From Candidatus Sericytochromatia bacterium (GTDB taxonomy: Bacteria > Cyanobacteriota > Sericytochromatia > UBA7694): a stretch of DNA of 64,000 nucleotides. Below the pieces are notes generated by a model that was not told the origin of the DNA, ran no database searches, and was given only the letters and a program-made list of their open reading frames with translations. Below are positions 43,340 to 53,151 of the stretch, piece after piece; position 1 is the first letter of the stretch, and each line of letters starts with the position of its first letter. The position numbers and the translations under genes were made by a program. The DNA lies in contig JBIKWL010000003.1 in NCBI GenBank assembly GCA_044356335.1, positions 9,950-73,949 of the forward strand, written 5' to 3'.

Positions 43340-43924
43340 ATGAAATCACTCAAATCGCTCTTTGCTGCTGGTCTGGCCTTCGGCCTGATCGCAACCATGC
43401 CCGCTCTGGCTGCAGATAAATACGAAATCGATCCGATTCACTCCCACCTCTTGTTTAAAATCAAACACCTCGGTTTGGGGTATCAATATGGCCGCTTTAA
43501 CAAATTCAGCGGCACCGTTGTCGTCGATGAAAAAAATCCCGCCAATAGCAAAGTCGAACTCAAAGCAGAAACCGCCAGCGTGGATACCAACACCCCCAAA
43601 CGCGATGATCATCTGCGCAGTCCTGACTTTTTTAATGCCAAACAGTTCCCCACTTTGAGCTTTAAAAGCAGCAAAGTCGAAAAAGCCGGTGCCAATGCCT
43701 ATAAAGTCAGCGGAACCTTGACCATGCACGGCGTCAGCAAACCTGTCAGCTTTACCTTTCAAAAAACCGGCCAAGGCAAAGGCATGCAAGGCGAATTCCG
43801 GATGGGTGGCGAAGCCAGCTTTACGATCAAACGCAGCCAATGGGGCATCACCACCTATATCAAAGAGGGTGGCCTGAGCGATGACGTGACGCTGATCCTG
43901 AGCTTTGAAGGCGTAAAGAAATAG
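43340..43924 (+). CDS. YceI family periplasmic polyisoprenoid-binding protein
   Basis: Signal peptide. YEIDPIHSHLLFKIKHLGLGYQYGRFNKFSG and GTLTMHGVSKPV blocks. Ends in TAG. Confidence 0.9.
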   Translation: MKSLKSLFAAGLAFGLIATMPALAADKYEIDPIHSHLLFKIKHLGLGYQYGRFNKFSGTVVVDEKNPANSKVELKAETASVDTNTPKRDDHLRSPDFFNAKQFPTLSFKSSKVEKAGANAYKVSGTLTMHGVSKPVSFTFQKTGQGKGMQGEFRMGGEASFTIKRSQWGITTYIKEGGLSDDVTLILSFEGVKK

Positions 43925-43942
43925 ACGCAAAGAAATAAACCC

Positions 43943-44809
43943 ATGGCAATTGTGCAGTCCCTGATCTTTTCATTGCTCTTCGCCCTCTGCGGGGGTGGAC
44001 TGCTGCTGGGACTGCCTTTGCTCTTGGGGCAACGGGACGAGAAATACCCCCAGTGGCTCATTTCTCTCGCGCTGGCCTTGGGCTTTGCTCTGGGTTTTGG
44101 TCGTTTATTTGAGATTTGGGCTCCGCCCTTTCCTCCTGTGGACAGCACCACCTGGATTTTTTATCTCTTGCCCTTGGGTGCCTTTTGGGGGGGATTTCAA
44201 GCCTCAAAAACGCCCCCCCATTGGCTCAACTTCGCTATGCGTTTGGGTTTGAGTGGCCTGAGCCAAGCCTTGGTTCTGAGTCCCCTGCGTGAAAGTGCGG
44301 GCCCACAAAGCTGGCTGATCTGGTCAGCGGGTTTGGCGCTGCTCACGACAGTCCTCTGGACTGGACTGGATGTTCAAGCCCAAGCCGATGGCAGTGTTTG
44401 GCAAATTCTGACGGGTACCGGTGTGGCTGCCGCCCTCGGCGCGCTGCTGATGCTGGGCCACAGTGTCGTTTTAAGCCAGCAGGCCCTGATCTTGGCTGGA
44501 CTGCTGGCGCTGGTGTTTCTCTTGGGCCTATTGCAAAAGCGTGAACATTGGCAAGGCGTCTGGAGCGTTCCCCTGCTGGGATTGGCTTTGCTTGCCAGTG
44601 GGGGTCGTTTTTTCGCAGATCTCTCTCCCGCCGTTTTGCTCTTGGTGCCTGCCCTGCTCACGCCCTTGCTCTCAAACAGCCCCTGGCTCGCAGAAAAACC
44701 CCTCTGGCTCAAACGGGGCTTGCCGCTGCTGCTGAGCATCTTGCTCTGTGGTCTGGCTGTGGGGGGCGTCTTTTTGAGCCAACCCCCCGACACCTCGGGT
44801 GGATATTAA
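43943..44809 (+). CDS. hypothetical integral membrane protein
   Basis: 288 aa with about 8 hydrophobic helices. 18 nt after the yceI-like stop. Confidence 0.6.
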   Translation: MAIVQSLIFSLLFALCGGGLLLGLPLLLGQRDEKYPQWLISLALALGFALGFGRLFEIWAPPFPPVDSTTWIFYLLPLGAFWGGFQASKTPPHWLNFAMRLGLSGLSQALVLSPLRESAGPQSWLIWSAGLALLTTVLWTGLDVQAQADGSVWQILTGTGVAAALGALLMLGHSVVLSQQALILAGLLALVFLLGLLQKREHWQGVWSVPLLGLALLASGGRFFADLSPAVLLLVPALLTPLLSNSPWLAEKPLWLKRGLPLLLSILLCGLAVGGVFLSQPPDTSGGY

Positions 44810-44851
44810 GCGCTTCTAGCAGAGCCTTTGGCGATACTTAGAAGGCGCTTA
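44807..44851. terminator. imperfect hairpin between convergent genes (possible terminator)
   Basis: TAAGCGCTTCTA (44807-44818) pairs with TAGAAGGCGCTTA (44839-44851) with one bulge and a 20-nt loop. There is no clear U-tract. Confidence 0.3.
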
Positions 44852-44908
44852 CGCGCAGCCGCAGGCGAGCTAGCAAGATAGGGCTCTCAATCACACTAAA
44901 AGTAAGCG

Positions 44909-46000
44909 TTAATACACCCGCTTAAAAATCTCACAGACCACGGGCATCGCTGGGTCAAAGTGAATCCCTGTGCCTTTAAGTTCCCTTTCAAAAAAGGAGA
45001 TATGGGCCCTGCGCCAATATTCGAGCGAGCCATCGCCCTCTCCTTCTGTGGCAGCAAATTCTGCTGTGACCTGTTCAAAGGGCCGTATTTCAACCGATTG
45101 AGTCTGGATCAGGCATTGGGCCTCCCCCAACCCATTCAAGATCAGGCTGTATTCGCCCTCTTTGGGCAGGGGTTCTCCCCCATGTTGGTACCAATGGTAA
45201 AGACTGGTTGTGGCACGTTTGATGCCTGATTTTACCAACTCTGCCAAATGGTCGGCATCGGTGGGATTATCGCAAAAATGCCAAGCGCTATAGGTTTTGG
45301 CCGTCAATGCAGGGCTTTCACCCAAAGAAGCCAGATATTCCTGCCACAGGGCCGCTACCGACGGGTGGTATACAGGCTCGGGTGGCAAGTCAACCTTGAA
45401 CAAAATCCCCTGCCCACCTGCAAAAGGCACCCCAGGAAAGACAAAATCCCGGCTGATTTCAGCAAAGCCAAAGGCTTTGTGCAAATCAATGCTGGCTAAA
45501 TTTTGGGCCTCGACCCAGTAATAGATGGTTTTGCAGGCCTGGGCGCGCAACCAATTGAGTCGGGCCTGGGTCAGTGCTTTGCCCACGCCCAGGCGGCGAT
45601 AGCGTGGAGCCACGATCACTCCGTCTAAATACCAGCCCGGGGGTGCCAGGTTGCGAAGATCCGCCTCGGGGGTGTCTGTGGACCATTGCAAATGCCTCAA
45701 TTTTGCAAAACCGAGCACTTCTCCCTGCCATTGGGCCACCCAGAGCAGCGGGAGGCCTGATTCGCTGGCTTGGGCAAAACAGCTTTGAAGTGCTTGGCGG
45801 GCCTCTGTCTGGGACGGCCCTTCCCGTTCTGCTGCGATCAGCACAAGTGCCTCTAAATCCAATGCCTTAGCAGGCCTGGCTTGCAATTCCAGGCTTAAGA
45901 CCGCTGGGCGGCGGCGCTGGCGGCCAGGTCGATATTCAGCAAAGAGGGCCATGGCTTTTTCTTTCGCAGTTAAAATTCTTCCTGCTATTTTAGCACCCAC
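44909..46000 (-). CDS. GNAT acetyltransferase - ASCH domain fusion protein
   Basis: N-terminal half IVAPRYRRLGVGKALTQARLNWL...NLASIDLHKAFGF (GNAT). C-terminal half AWHFCDNPTDADHLAELVKSGIKRATTSL...ATEGEGDGSLEYWRRAHISFF (ASCH). The start may be ATG 45952. Confidence 0.8.
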   Translation of the reverse strand: MGAKIAGRILTAKEKAMALFAEYRPGRQRRRPAVLSLELQARPAKALDLEALVLIAAEREGPSQTEARQALQSCFAQASESGLPLLWVAQWQGEVLGFAKLRHLQWSTDTPEADLRNLAPPGWYLDGVIVAPRYRRLGVGKALTQARLNWLRAQACKTIYYWVEAQNLASIDLHKAFGFAEISRDFVFPGVPFAGGQGILFKVDLPPEPVYHPSVAALWQEYLASLGESPALTAKTYSAWHFCDNPTDADHLAELVKSGIKRATTSLYHWYQHGGEPLPKEGEYSLILNGLGEAQCLIQTQSVEIRPFEQVTAEFAATEGEGDGSLEYWRRAHISFFERELKGTGIHFDPAMPVVCEIFKRVY

Positions 46001-46060
46001 TCACGCGCAAAGATGCCTGTTTTGGTATATTAGAAACAATCTGATCAGGGGAGTTTTTTC

Positions 46061-48202
46061 ATGACCGCATTGCCGCACCGCATCAAGGCCTTTGCCCTCC
46101 GTCTGTTGCTGAGTACAAGTCTGTGTGTTGGCCTCTCGACAGGATTCTCTCTGAGTCTGAGTGCCCCTGCTTGGGCCCTGCCGACGGGCCTCTGGCAAGG
46201 ATTTATCCAGGTGCCTGGTCAAAAACTCGCAGTGCTTGTCAAGCTCAACCAAGATGCCCAGGGGGAGTGGAGTGGCAGCATCGATATCCCGGCCCAAAAT
46301 GCCAAAGACCTCCCGCTCAAAGCCATTCGCTACGAAAAAAACAAATTGCAGTTTGTGATCAGTGGTGTGCCCGGTGACCCCAGCTTTGAAGGTGAAGTCA
46401 ATCCCGAAGAAACCCTTTTCAGCGGCCAATTCAGCCAAGCCGGTCAAAAGCTGAAATTTGAATTGGAGCGTCCGTCTGAGGCCAAAACCGCCCAGGCTAC
46501 AGAAAAAGACAAGATTCAACGCGAAAAGGTACTCAGTACGATCGAAAATCTGCGCCAAAGCTGGAAAACCCCAGGCCTCGCTGTGGCGATTGTCAAAGAT
46601 GACCAAGTCTGGTTGGCGAAGGGCTTTGGCCTGCGTAGCCTGGAAGAAAAACAACCCGTAGACGCCGATACCCTCTTTGCGATTGGCTCATGTACCAAGG
46701 CTTTTACTGCCACTTTGTTGGCGATGTTGGTCGACGAAGGCAAACTGGACTGGGATGCCCCTGTGCGCAATTATTTGCCCAAGTTTCAGCTCAAAGAGAG
46801 CTATGCCACAGAACATATAACCTCCCGTGATTTGCTCACCCACCTGTCGGGCTTGCCCCGCCATGATTTGGCTTGGTATGGTACTTCGCTTACAGGCCCC
46901 GAATTGTTGGCCAAACTCAAATATCTCTCACCCAGTGCAGATTTGAGGTCCCGCTTTCAATACCAAAACCTGATGTATATGAGTGCCGGATTGCTGGCTG
47001 AAGAAATCACAGGTCAGAGTTGGGAGCAATTGATCCAAACCCGCTTTTTTCTGCCCTTGGGCATGAAACGCAGCAACGCCAGTTTGACCGAATTACAAAC
47101 CGATCCCAACCACGCTTTGCCCCATCGCAAAAAGGGGAAGAGTGTGCAACGGATTCCCTTTCGCTCTGTCGCAGGAGCAGCCCCTGCTGGGGCGATCAAT
47201 GCCTCTGTCAACGACATGGCACAGTGGATTCGCCTGAATTTAAACCAGGGCCGCTTGGATGACAAAACAATCTTAGCGGACCTGGCCTTCAAAGACGTGC
47301 TCAGTCCCCAGGTGGTGATGCAAAGCCGGGGCAGCCAACCCGAAATCCCCTATATGCTCTATGGTATGGGCTGGATGATTCACCCCTACCGCGGGGTACA
47401 GATGGTTCATCACGGGGGAAATATTGATGGCTTTTCGGCCCTGGTTTCGCTGATTCCCGAAAAGAAACTGGGCATTGTGATCCTCAGCAATAAAGACGGC
47501 GATGCCCTGCCCAATTTGCTCAATTTGAGCCTGACTGATTTGCTCTTGGATTTGGAGCCTGTGGATTGGAATGGCCGTCTCAAACAGGGGCTGGAGCAGG
47601 CCGAAAAAATCAGCAAAAGTTCCGATGCCAGCGCGCGTGTGCCCCATACCCGAACCTCCCACGATTTAACTGATTTTGCCGGCGTATACAGCCATCCAGC
47701 CTATGGCGATTTGACTATTCGCAAAGAGGGATCGGGCCTGAAACTCAAGTACCACGACTTTGCGGGTAATTTGGAACATTGGCATTACGACAGCTTTGTT
47801 TTGCGGCAGAGCGATTCGGTTCTCGATGGCGTGCGCTTGCATTTTCAGATCAATGAAGAGGGCGATTTGGAACGGGTCTCACTCAAATTGGAGCCGTTGG
47901 GAGAGGCCATTGTCTTTGCCCGTACGGCCCCAGAGCAAATGAAAAACCCGGCCTATCTCAAACGTTATACTGGCCAGTTTGACATGGCGGGACTCAAGAT
48001 CAAAATTGAACTCAAAGGCAACGCCTTGGTTGCTCATGCCACGGGGCAACCGCCTTTTGAGTTAATCCCACAAAAATTGCATCAGTTTAAACTCAAGGGG
48101 CTGGATGGCTATCAAATTCGCTTTGAATTCAAAGGGGAAAAACCCGACAAAGTGGTGTTTATTCAGCCCAATGGCAGCTTTGAAGCCAAGCCTGAGAAAT
48201 GA
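46061..48202 (+). CDS. serine hydrolase, class C beta-lactamase/PBP4*-like family, with N- and C-terminal extra domains
   Basis: GGGGAG RBS. Signal peptide. SxxK (IGSCTKAF), YxN (YQN) and HGG triads. Confidence 0.9.
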   Translation: MTALPHRIKAFALRLLLSTSLCVGLSTGFSLSLSAPAWALPTGLWQGFIQVPGQKLAVLVKLNQDAQGEWSGSIDIPAQNAKDLPLKAIRYEKNKLQFVISGVPGDPSFEGEVNPEETLFSGQFSQAGQKLKFELERPSEAKTAQATEKDKIQREKVLSTIENLRQSWKTPGLAVAIVKDDQVWLAKGFGLRSLEEKQPVDADTLFAIGSCTKAFTATLLAMLVDEGKLDWDAPVRNYLPKFQLKESYATEHITSRDLLTHLSGLPRHDLAWYGTSLTGPELLAKLKYLSPSADLRSRFQYQNLMYMSAGLLAEEITGQSWEQLIQTRFFLPLGMKRSNASLTELQTDPNHALPHRKKGKSVQRIPFRSVAGAAPAGAINASVNDMAQWIRLNLNQGRLDDKTILADLAFKDVLSPQVVMQSRGSQPEIPYMLYGMGWMIHPYRGVQMVHHGGNIDGFSALVSLIPEKKLGIVILSNKDGDALPNLLNLSLTDLLLDLEPVDWNGRLKQGLEQAEKISKSSDASARVPHTRTSHDLTDFAGVYSHPAYGDLTIRKEGSGLKLKYHDFAGNLEHWHYDSFVLRQSDSVLDGVRLHFQINEEGDLERVSLKLEPLGEAIVFARTAPEQMKNPAYLKRYTGQFDMAGLKIKIELKGNALVAHATGQPPFELIPQKLHQFKLKGLDGYQIRFEFKGEKPDKVVFIQPNGSFEAKPEK

Positions 48203-48257
48203 CCGTAAGCCAACAGGTTTAATCGTTGAGGTGATAACTCAATGCATTTCCAGTTAA

Positions 48258-48743
48258 TTATCTGTTGGGATTCTCCAAGGCCAAAAGCTTGGCCTTGGCT
48301 TCCAGACCATTGGCAAAGCCTGTCAATTGACCGTTTGCCCCGATCACGCGGTGGCAGGGCAAGACAATCGAAAGTGGGTTTTTGCCATTGGCCGCTCCCA
48401 CGGCCCGTGCCGCTTTGGGGCTGCCCACCCGCTGGGCCAATTCCCCATAGGACAGGGTCTGGCCATAGGGAATGGTGGCGAGGGTTTGCCAAACCTTGAG
48501 TTGAAAGCTGCTGCCGACAGGATCAAGGGGCAGATCAAAAGCTGTGATTTCCCCTTTAAAATAGGCGTTTAATTGTTCTGCTGCAGCTTTGAGTACCGGA
48601 TGATCGGGTTTTTCGCTGCCACAGTCGAGCGGTACCCTGCCGGTTTTTTCGTTTTCCCAGAGAACCGCTTTTAGGGCTGTCTCTGAAGCCACCAGTGTCA
48701 ATTGACCCACAGGGCTGCACATTTTTAAATAGGCGTTTGGCAT
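48258..48743 (-). CDS. ogt: methylated-DNA--protein-cysteine methyltransferase
   Basis: Active site LPCHRVIG. AGGAG lies 7 nt before the ATG. Confidence 0.9.
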   Translation of the reverse strand: MPNAYLKMCSPVGQLTLVASETALKAVLWENEKTGRVPLDCGSEKPDHPVLKAAAEQLNAYFKGEITAFDLPLDPVGSSFQLKVWQTLATIPYGQTLSYGELAQRVGSPKAARAVGAANGKNPLSIVLPCHRVIGANGQLTGFANGLEAKAKLLALENPNR

Positions 48744-48814
48744 CGGGCGTCTCCTTCAATCATCTTTATTTTAAACACATACGTTGACTAAAATGGGCTG
48801 ACAAAATGAATGGT

Positions 48815-50272
48815 CTAGCGGGAGGTTTCCACCCAGGCCTGCTCCCAAATTGCAATAGCCGCATAGGCCCGCCAGGGTTTGAGCGTGTCAATTTCCAATC
48901 CGGGATGGGCCTTTAACATCCGTTTGATAATGAGATCATTGGCAGGAAAAGCATCGGTGTCCCCCAAGACCCTGAGCGCGATCATTTCTGTCGTCCAGGG
49001 GCCGATGCCTGGCAACTTTTGCAATTGGGAACGGAAGCGCTCAGGATCTTGGGCGGGTGAGAGCGATAATTGTCCAGAAACCACCATTCGTGCCAGATTC
49101 TGGAGGGTTTGCAAGCGTTGCCGGGTGGTTCCGAGTTGGAGTTCTTGCGCATTTGCCAAGGTTTCTGGACAGGGAAAAATCTGAACCGGGTTTAAAGTCT
49201 GGGGATGGATCACGCTGGGACCATACCTTTGAATCAGCTCAGCCAATAATTCACGGGCCCGCGCCAGCGACACCCTCTGACCCAGAATGATGGCCACTGT
49301 CGTTTCAAATCCGTCCCACGCCCCAGGCAAGCGCAAGCCTGCATGGCGGCTTGAGTCGATGAAAAATGTGTCTGCTAACAAAGGAATACCTGCAAAGGCC
49401 TGCGCAAGCAAAAGTGGATCCGAATCCAAATCCCACATCCGGCGCAAGCGGTGAACCACTGCGCTCAAGATCCGCGGATCGGGACAATTTAAGCTGAGTT
49501 GTAAACTGGCTTGTTTGGGCAGATTGCGCAATTCCAGCCAACCAATCTGATGCTTAATTGAAAACACCCGCTCATAATGGTTTTCGCCAAAAAACTCGGG
49601 TCCCTGCAAAGCATGGCGTTTAAAAAAACTGTGAATCCCTGCCCAATGAAAAGGCGAGCGATAGGGAAGGGTCAGGGTGATCAGCGAAGGGCTGATTCCC
49701 CCTTTTTCGCTTCCAGACAAAGTCATGCGCAACTCAGAAGGGGGACGTGAAAAGCGCTCTTTAAACGCGGCATTAAAGCGCCGCAAAGAGCGAAATCCTG
49801 CACTCAGGGCCACAGTGGTCAAAGGCAAAGCGGTTTCACTTACCAGTTTGCGGGCAAAATTGAGACGCAATGTCGCAGCAATTTGTTTGGGCGTACGGCC
49901 AAATTCAGCTTGAAACAAGCGGCGCAAATGGCGTGCAGAAATTCCCAGTTGTTCGGCGTAATCGGCCTCTTGCAACAGCGGACCACTTTCAGATGCGATC
50001 AATTGCAAAGCACGCATGACCAACTGCGAATGCCCCGAACTAACCGGTGCTCCCTCCGGGCGACAACGCAAGCAGGGGCGGTAGCCTTTTTGTTCGGCCC
50101 CAAAGGCAGTATTAAAAAATTCCACATTTTTAAACTGGGGCCGGGCCGGGCAAATCGGACGGCAATAAATCCCTGTGGTTTTGACCCCCACAAAGAATTT
50201 ACCGTCAAAGCGACTGTCGCGGGCCAGCATGGCCTGATAATAAATTTCTGCTTGGGTTGAATTGACTTTCAT
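48815..50272 (-). CDS. Ada-type zinc methylphosphotriester sensor / AraC HTH / AlkA DNA-3-methyladenine glycosylase II fusion
   Basis: Ada Zn site CRPICPAR...CLRC. AraC HTH LGISARHLRRLFQAEFGRTPKQ. HhH-GPD LPGIGPWTTEMIALRVLGDTDAFPANDL. Ends in TAG. Confidence 0.85.
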   Translation of the reverse strand: MKVNSTQAEIYYQAMLARDSRFDGKFFVGVKTTGIYCRPICPARPQFKNVEFFNTAFGAEQKGYRPCLRCRPEGAPVSSGHSQLVMRALQLIASESGPLLQEADYAEQLGISARHLRRLFQAEFGRTPKQIAATLRLNFARKLVSETALPLTTVALSAGFRSLRRFNAAFKERFSRPPSELRMTLSGSEKGGISPSLITLTLPYRSPFHWAGIHSFFKRHALQGPEFFGENHYERVFSIKHQIGWLELRNLPKQASLQLSLNCPDPRILSAVVHRLRRMWDLDSDPLLLAQAFAGIPLLADTFFIDSSRHAGLRLPGAWDGFETTVAIILGQRVSLARARELLAELIQRYGPSVIHPQTLNPVQIFPCPETLANAQELQLGTTRQRLQTLQNLARMVVSGQLSLSPAQDPERFRSQLQKLPGIGPWTTEMIALRVLGDTDAFPANDLIIKRMLKAHPGLEIDTLKPWRAYAAIAIWEQAWVETSR

Positions 50273-50318
50273 AACTTCAGTTTAAAGCTATTTGGCCAAC
50301 TTGACTCGCCATTTTCGG

Positions 50319-50354
50319 ACAAGAACGGCCCCGGGAAAGTCTTTCCCAGGGCCG
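50319..50354 (-). terminator. GC-rich hairpin downstream of 50375-51547 (candidate intrinsic terminator)
   Basis: CGGCCCCGGGAAAG (50326-50339) pairs with CTTTCCCAGGGCCG (50341-50354) with one mismatch. On the minus strand it is followed by TTCTTGT. Confidence 0.5.
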
Positions 50355-50374
50355 CTGTGCAAAACCAATTAGAA

Positions 50375-51547
50375 TCAGACCAGCAGGGCGTCACCAGACA
50401 ATGTGGCGTCTTCTTCGATCAACACTTGGTTGTGCTGCTGCTGATCGTTAAAGGTATCCTGGTAGAGATGGTCCATTGGCAGGGGCAATCGCCGCTGCAG
50501 GGTTTCTTTGATCGCCAAAGACTTGATCTCATTGACCACACCCCGATCATGGAAAGTGGCGATTTTGTTTAAAAACAGTCCCAAAGCCTGTTCGGGTTGG
50601 GCAAAAATTTGTTTGAGTCCTTGGATATCGATATCGATCAAATGCATTAATTTTTGCTGTTTATCCGAGAAGTCGAACAGCAATTCGGCTTCTTCGGGGC
50701 CGACAAAGGCCAAAAAGCGCTGGAAGAGAATCGCGATGACATCAGAATAGCCCTTGAGCATCATGCCTTCGTCTTGTTTGCCAAAGAGATCCATGCCCAT
50801 GTCGATATTGTAGAGGCGATTGAGGAAGGTCTCCATGATCTCGCCCTGCAAGATCGCACCATGTTGGGGCACAATCATCAGGGGCGGGGGATCCAAGGCC
50901 CGAATGGCATCAATGGTATGCTGGACCGCTTTTTTGGAGGGCATATAAATTTGGTGAAAGGTTTTGATGCCATCCCAATGGCCCTCTCCTGCAAAAAGCC
51001 CCAAATCACCCGGGGGATTGAGTCCACCGAAGACGTCACCCGTAAATAAGACCCGAGACTGGCGATCATAGATCGCAAAGGCCCCGACAAAGTGGGCATA
51101 TGGGGTGGGCACAAAGTCGAGTACATGGGCTTTGTCGGTCGCCAAAGTGACCCGGCGCTGGTCAAATGAATGAATATTTTTATAGGTCTTGGAGGGAATT
51201 TCAAAAAAGCGGATCAAACGCCAGGTATCTTCGGTACAAAGACAAAGAGAGCGGGGATTCATTTTGCTGATAAAGGTTGAATTCATTCCCACATCAGGGT
51301 CTTGGTGGTTGATTGAGTACATCTGTACTTGAGTGATATCGTTGATAATCGAGCCCACTTTGCGAGAAATGGTGGGAAAAAACTCTGAGGGGCCCGGATC
51401 AATCAAAAAATTGATCGCTTTGCCATTGGCGCGAAAGCGGCGCAAAAAAACGTTGATTTGCAATAAGCTATTGGGATCTCTTTGGCTTACCCAAAAGATA
51501 TCCGGAGAAATCTCGACGGCTTTTTCTAAATCGTGACTCATGATCAT
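50375..51547 (-). CDS. MBL-fold (flavodiiron-type beta-lactamase-like) domain protein
   Basis: INHQDPDV (HxHxDH-like position), PTPYAHFVGAFAIYD and FTGDVFGG blocks. There is no flavodoxin domain; the C-terminal helical part is unassigned. Confidence 0.7.
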   Translation of the reverse strand: MIMSHDLEKAVEISPDIFWVSQRDPNSLLQINVFLRRFRANGKAINFLIDPGPSEFFPTISRKVGSIINDITQVQMYSINHQDPDVGMNSTFISKMNPRSLCLCTEDTWRLIRFFEIPSKTYKNIHSFDQRRVTLATDKAHVLDFVPTPYAHFVGAFAIYDRQSRVLFTGDVFGGLNPPGDLGLFAGEGHWDGIKTFHQIYMPSKKAVQHTIDAIRALDPPPLMIVPQHGAILQGEIMETFLNRLYNIDMGMDLFGKQDEGMMLKGYSDVIAILFQRFLAFVGPEEAELLFDFSDKQQKLMHLIDIDIQGLKQIFAQPEQALGLFLNKIATFHDRGVVNEIKSLAIKETLQRRLPLPMDHLYQDTFNDQQQHNQVLIEEDATLSGDALLV

Positions 51548-51795
51548 TGCCTCTGTCTCTGTAGATTGATATTGTCAGTGTTTTGATTTCAATAACCCAA
51601 ATACCAGATATATTTAGTATTTGTATTGATATATCGCCTTCTTTTCATTCTCTCATTCAGTTCAGCGCTATCCCTTGATAAAAGTGAAACCAAAAATTGA
51701 TTTATGTCAATTTTGATTTTAAAAATGCCTGAGAACCCTCTCTTTTGTTACCCTGATCACACCTTTGAGGTGTTCAGAAGCGTCACAATAATAAA

Positions 51796-52482
51796 ATGAT
51801 GCGCATTTATTTTGCTTTGATTCTGTTTTCTTTTGTACTGACTGGTTGTAAAACAGCTCTACAACCAGCTTCTCAGGCCTGGGATGAACCCAAGCCCCAG
51901 CTTTTTTACCAAGCCCAAGCCCCAAAAAAATCTGTCCCTGTCAAACACGTCTCGACACCTCCGGTCCCCAAAACGAGCAAGACAAGTCTGAACAAGCAAT
52001 GGCGTGTAGAACCCCCTGCTTTAAATACTGGCGCGCAGATTTTGGAATTGCCTGTCAAACCCGGCGATCAAATGCCTCAGGGTTTGTTTGAATGGCCAAC
52101 GGGCCTGAGCCGGGATGCCCAGGTAATTGAGTTGGCGAAGCAGTATTTGGGGGTGCCTTATAAATTTGGGGGAGAGACCCCGCAAGAAGGCTTTGATTGC
52201 TCTGGATTGGTACAATATGTTTTCTCTTTACGTGGCGTGGCCCTGACCCGTCTGGCCAATGAGCAGTTTTTGCAAGGCCAATTTGTGAGCAAAGCCGAAT
52301 TGCAGCCTGGAGATTTGGTCTTTTTTAATATCTCAGGCAAAGGGGTCGACCATGTCGGCATTTATGCCGGAGAAGCCCAGTTTATCCACGCTCCCCGCAC
52401 CGGAAGAGTGGTTTCATACGATCGGCTCGATTCCCCTTATTTTACCCGCTATTATCAAGGGGCTCGCCGTGTCAGCACATGA
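51796..52482 (+). CDS. NlpC/P60 (C40) cell-wall peptidase lipoprotein
   Basis: Lipobox FVLTGC. Catalytic GFDCSGLVQYVF, VDHVGIY and IHAP. Confidence 0.9.
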   Translation: MMRIYFALILFSFVLTGCKTALQPASQAWDEPKPQLFYQAQAPKKSVPVKHVSTPPVPKTSKTSLNKQWRVEPPALNTGAQILELPVKPGDQMPQGLFEWPTGLSRDAQVIELAKQYLGVPYKFGGETPQEGFDCSGLVQYVFSLRGVALTRLANEQFLQGQFVSKAELQPGDLVFFNISGKGVDHVGIYAGEAQFIHAPRTGRVVSYDRLDSPYFTRYYQGARRVST

Positions 52483-52503
52483 CACATAGCGCTTTGGACC
52501 AAT

Positions 52504-52537
52504 AAAAAAGCGCCTTTGCACATTCGCAAAGGCGCTT
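52504..52537. terminator. intrinsic terminator hairpin between convergent genes
   Basis: Perfect 12-bp stem AAGCGCCTTTGC (52508-52519) / GCAAAGGCGCTT (52526-52537) with a 6-nt loop. The A-run on the 5' side gives a U-tract for the minus-strand gene. Confidence 0.65.
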
Positions 52538-52550
52538 AAATCAAACTCAC

Positions 52551-53075
52551 TTAGTCAAGTTTAAAGTTAAAATCTTTAAACGATGACAGAGGATCAATCA
52601 CGACTTTATTCCCATCAGCATCTTCAGCACCCGTATAACCAATGCCCACAGCAAAGGTCATGGTGGCCTCTTTGGATTTGAGTTCGGAATCATCGTAGAC
52701 GCTGTTGCCATTGGTATCGTTAAAGGCAAAGATCTTTAAAATGGCACCCTGGGCTTTTTGAGGGGCTTTGGGCAGGGCAAAATTATAGGCGCCATCTTTG
52801 ACTGGGGCCACAACCAGGGTAATATCATTCTCGATGGTTTGGTTTTCAGCGTCAATTTTATTGCCGGAAATATTGCTGAAAGCGCCAAAGACAGCAATTT
52901 TGGTGCTGGATCCGACTTTGCTGCCGGTTACTTTGCCCGCAATGGCCTTGTCTCCTTCAATGGTCTTGCCAGTGGATGTTTGTGTCAGAGGGGCACTCGG
53001 GCCGCAAGCCACAAGAGCCGTAGTCATCAGGGCCAGGAGGGCCAGCGATTTCTTGAATTGCATAAAAATAGTCAT
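52551..53075 (-). CDS. hypothetical lipoprotein
   Basis: Leader KKSLALLALMTTALVACG (lipobox), then a beta-rich mature part. No family recognised with confidence. Confidence 0.6.
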   Translation of the reverse strand: MTIFMQFKKSLALLALMTTALVACGPSAPLTQTSTGKTIEGDKAIAGKVTGSKVGSSTKIAVFGAFSNISGNKIDAENQTIENDITLVVAPVKDGAYNFALPKAPQKAQGAILKIFAFNDTNGNSVYDDSELKSKEATMTFAVGIGYTGAEDADGNKVVIDPLSSFKDFNFKLD

Positions 53076-53151
53076 ACCTCGTTTTTTTTCAATTGTATCG
53101 TTGCTGAGCGCGGATGCACAGTCGGAAGACGCAATTTATGCCAAAAAGGTT

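Noticed and set aside
43346-43930. 194-aa minus-strand ORF, the same length as the YceI gene
   Set aside because: It is an exact antisense mirror of the strongly supported yceI-family CDS. It has no RBS or motifs. Shadow ORF.
46001-46654. 217-aa minus-strand ORF
   Set aside because: It lies entirely antisense to the well-supported beta-lactamase-family gene (46061-48202). The translation is low-complexity with no motif. It is typical shadow-ORF sequence.
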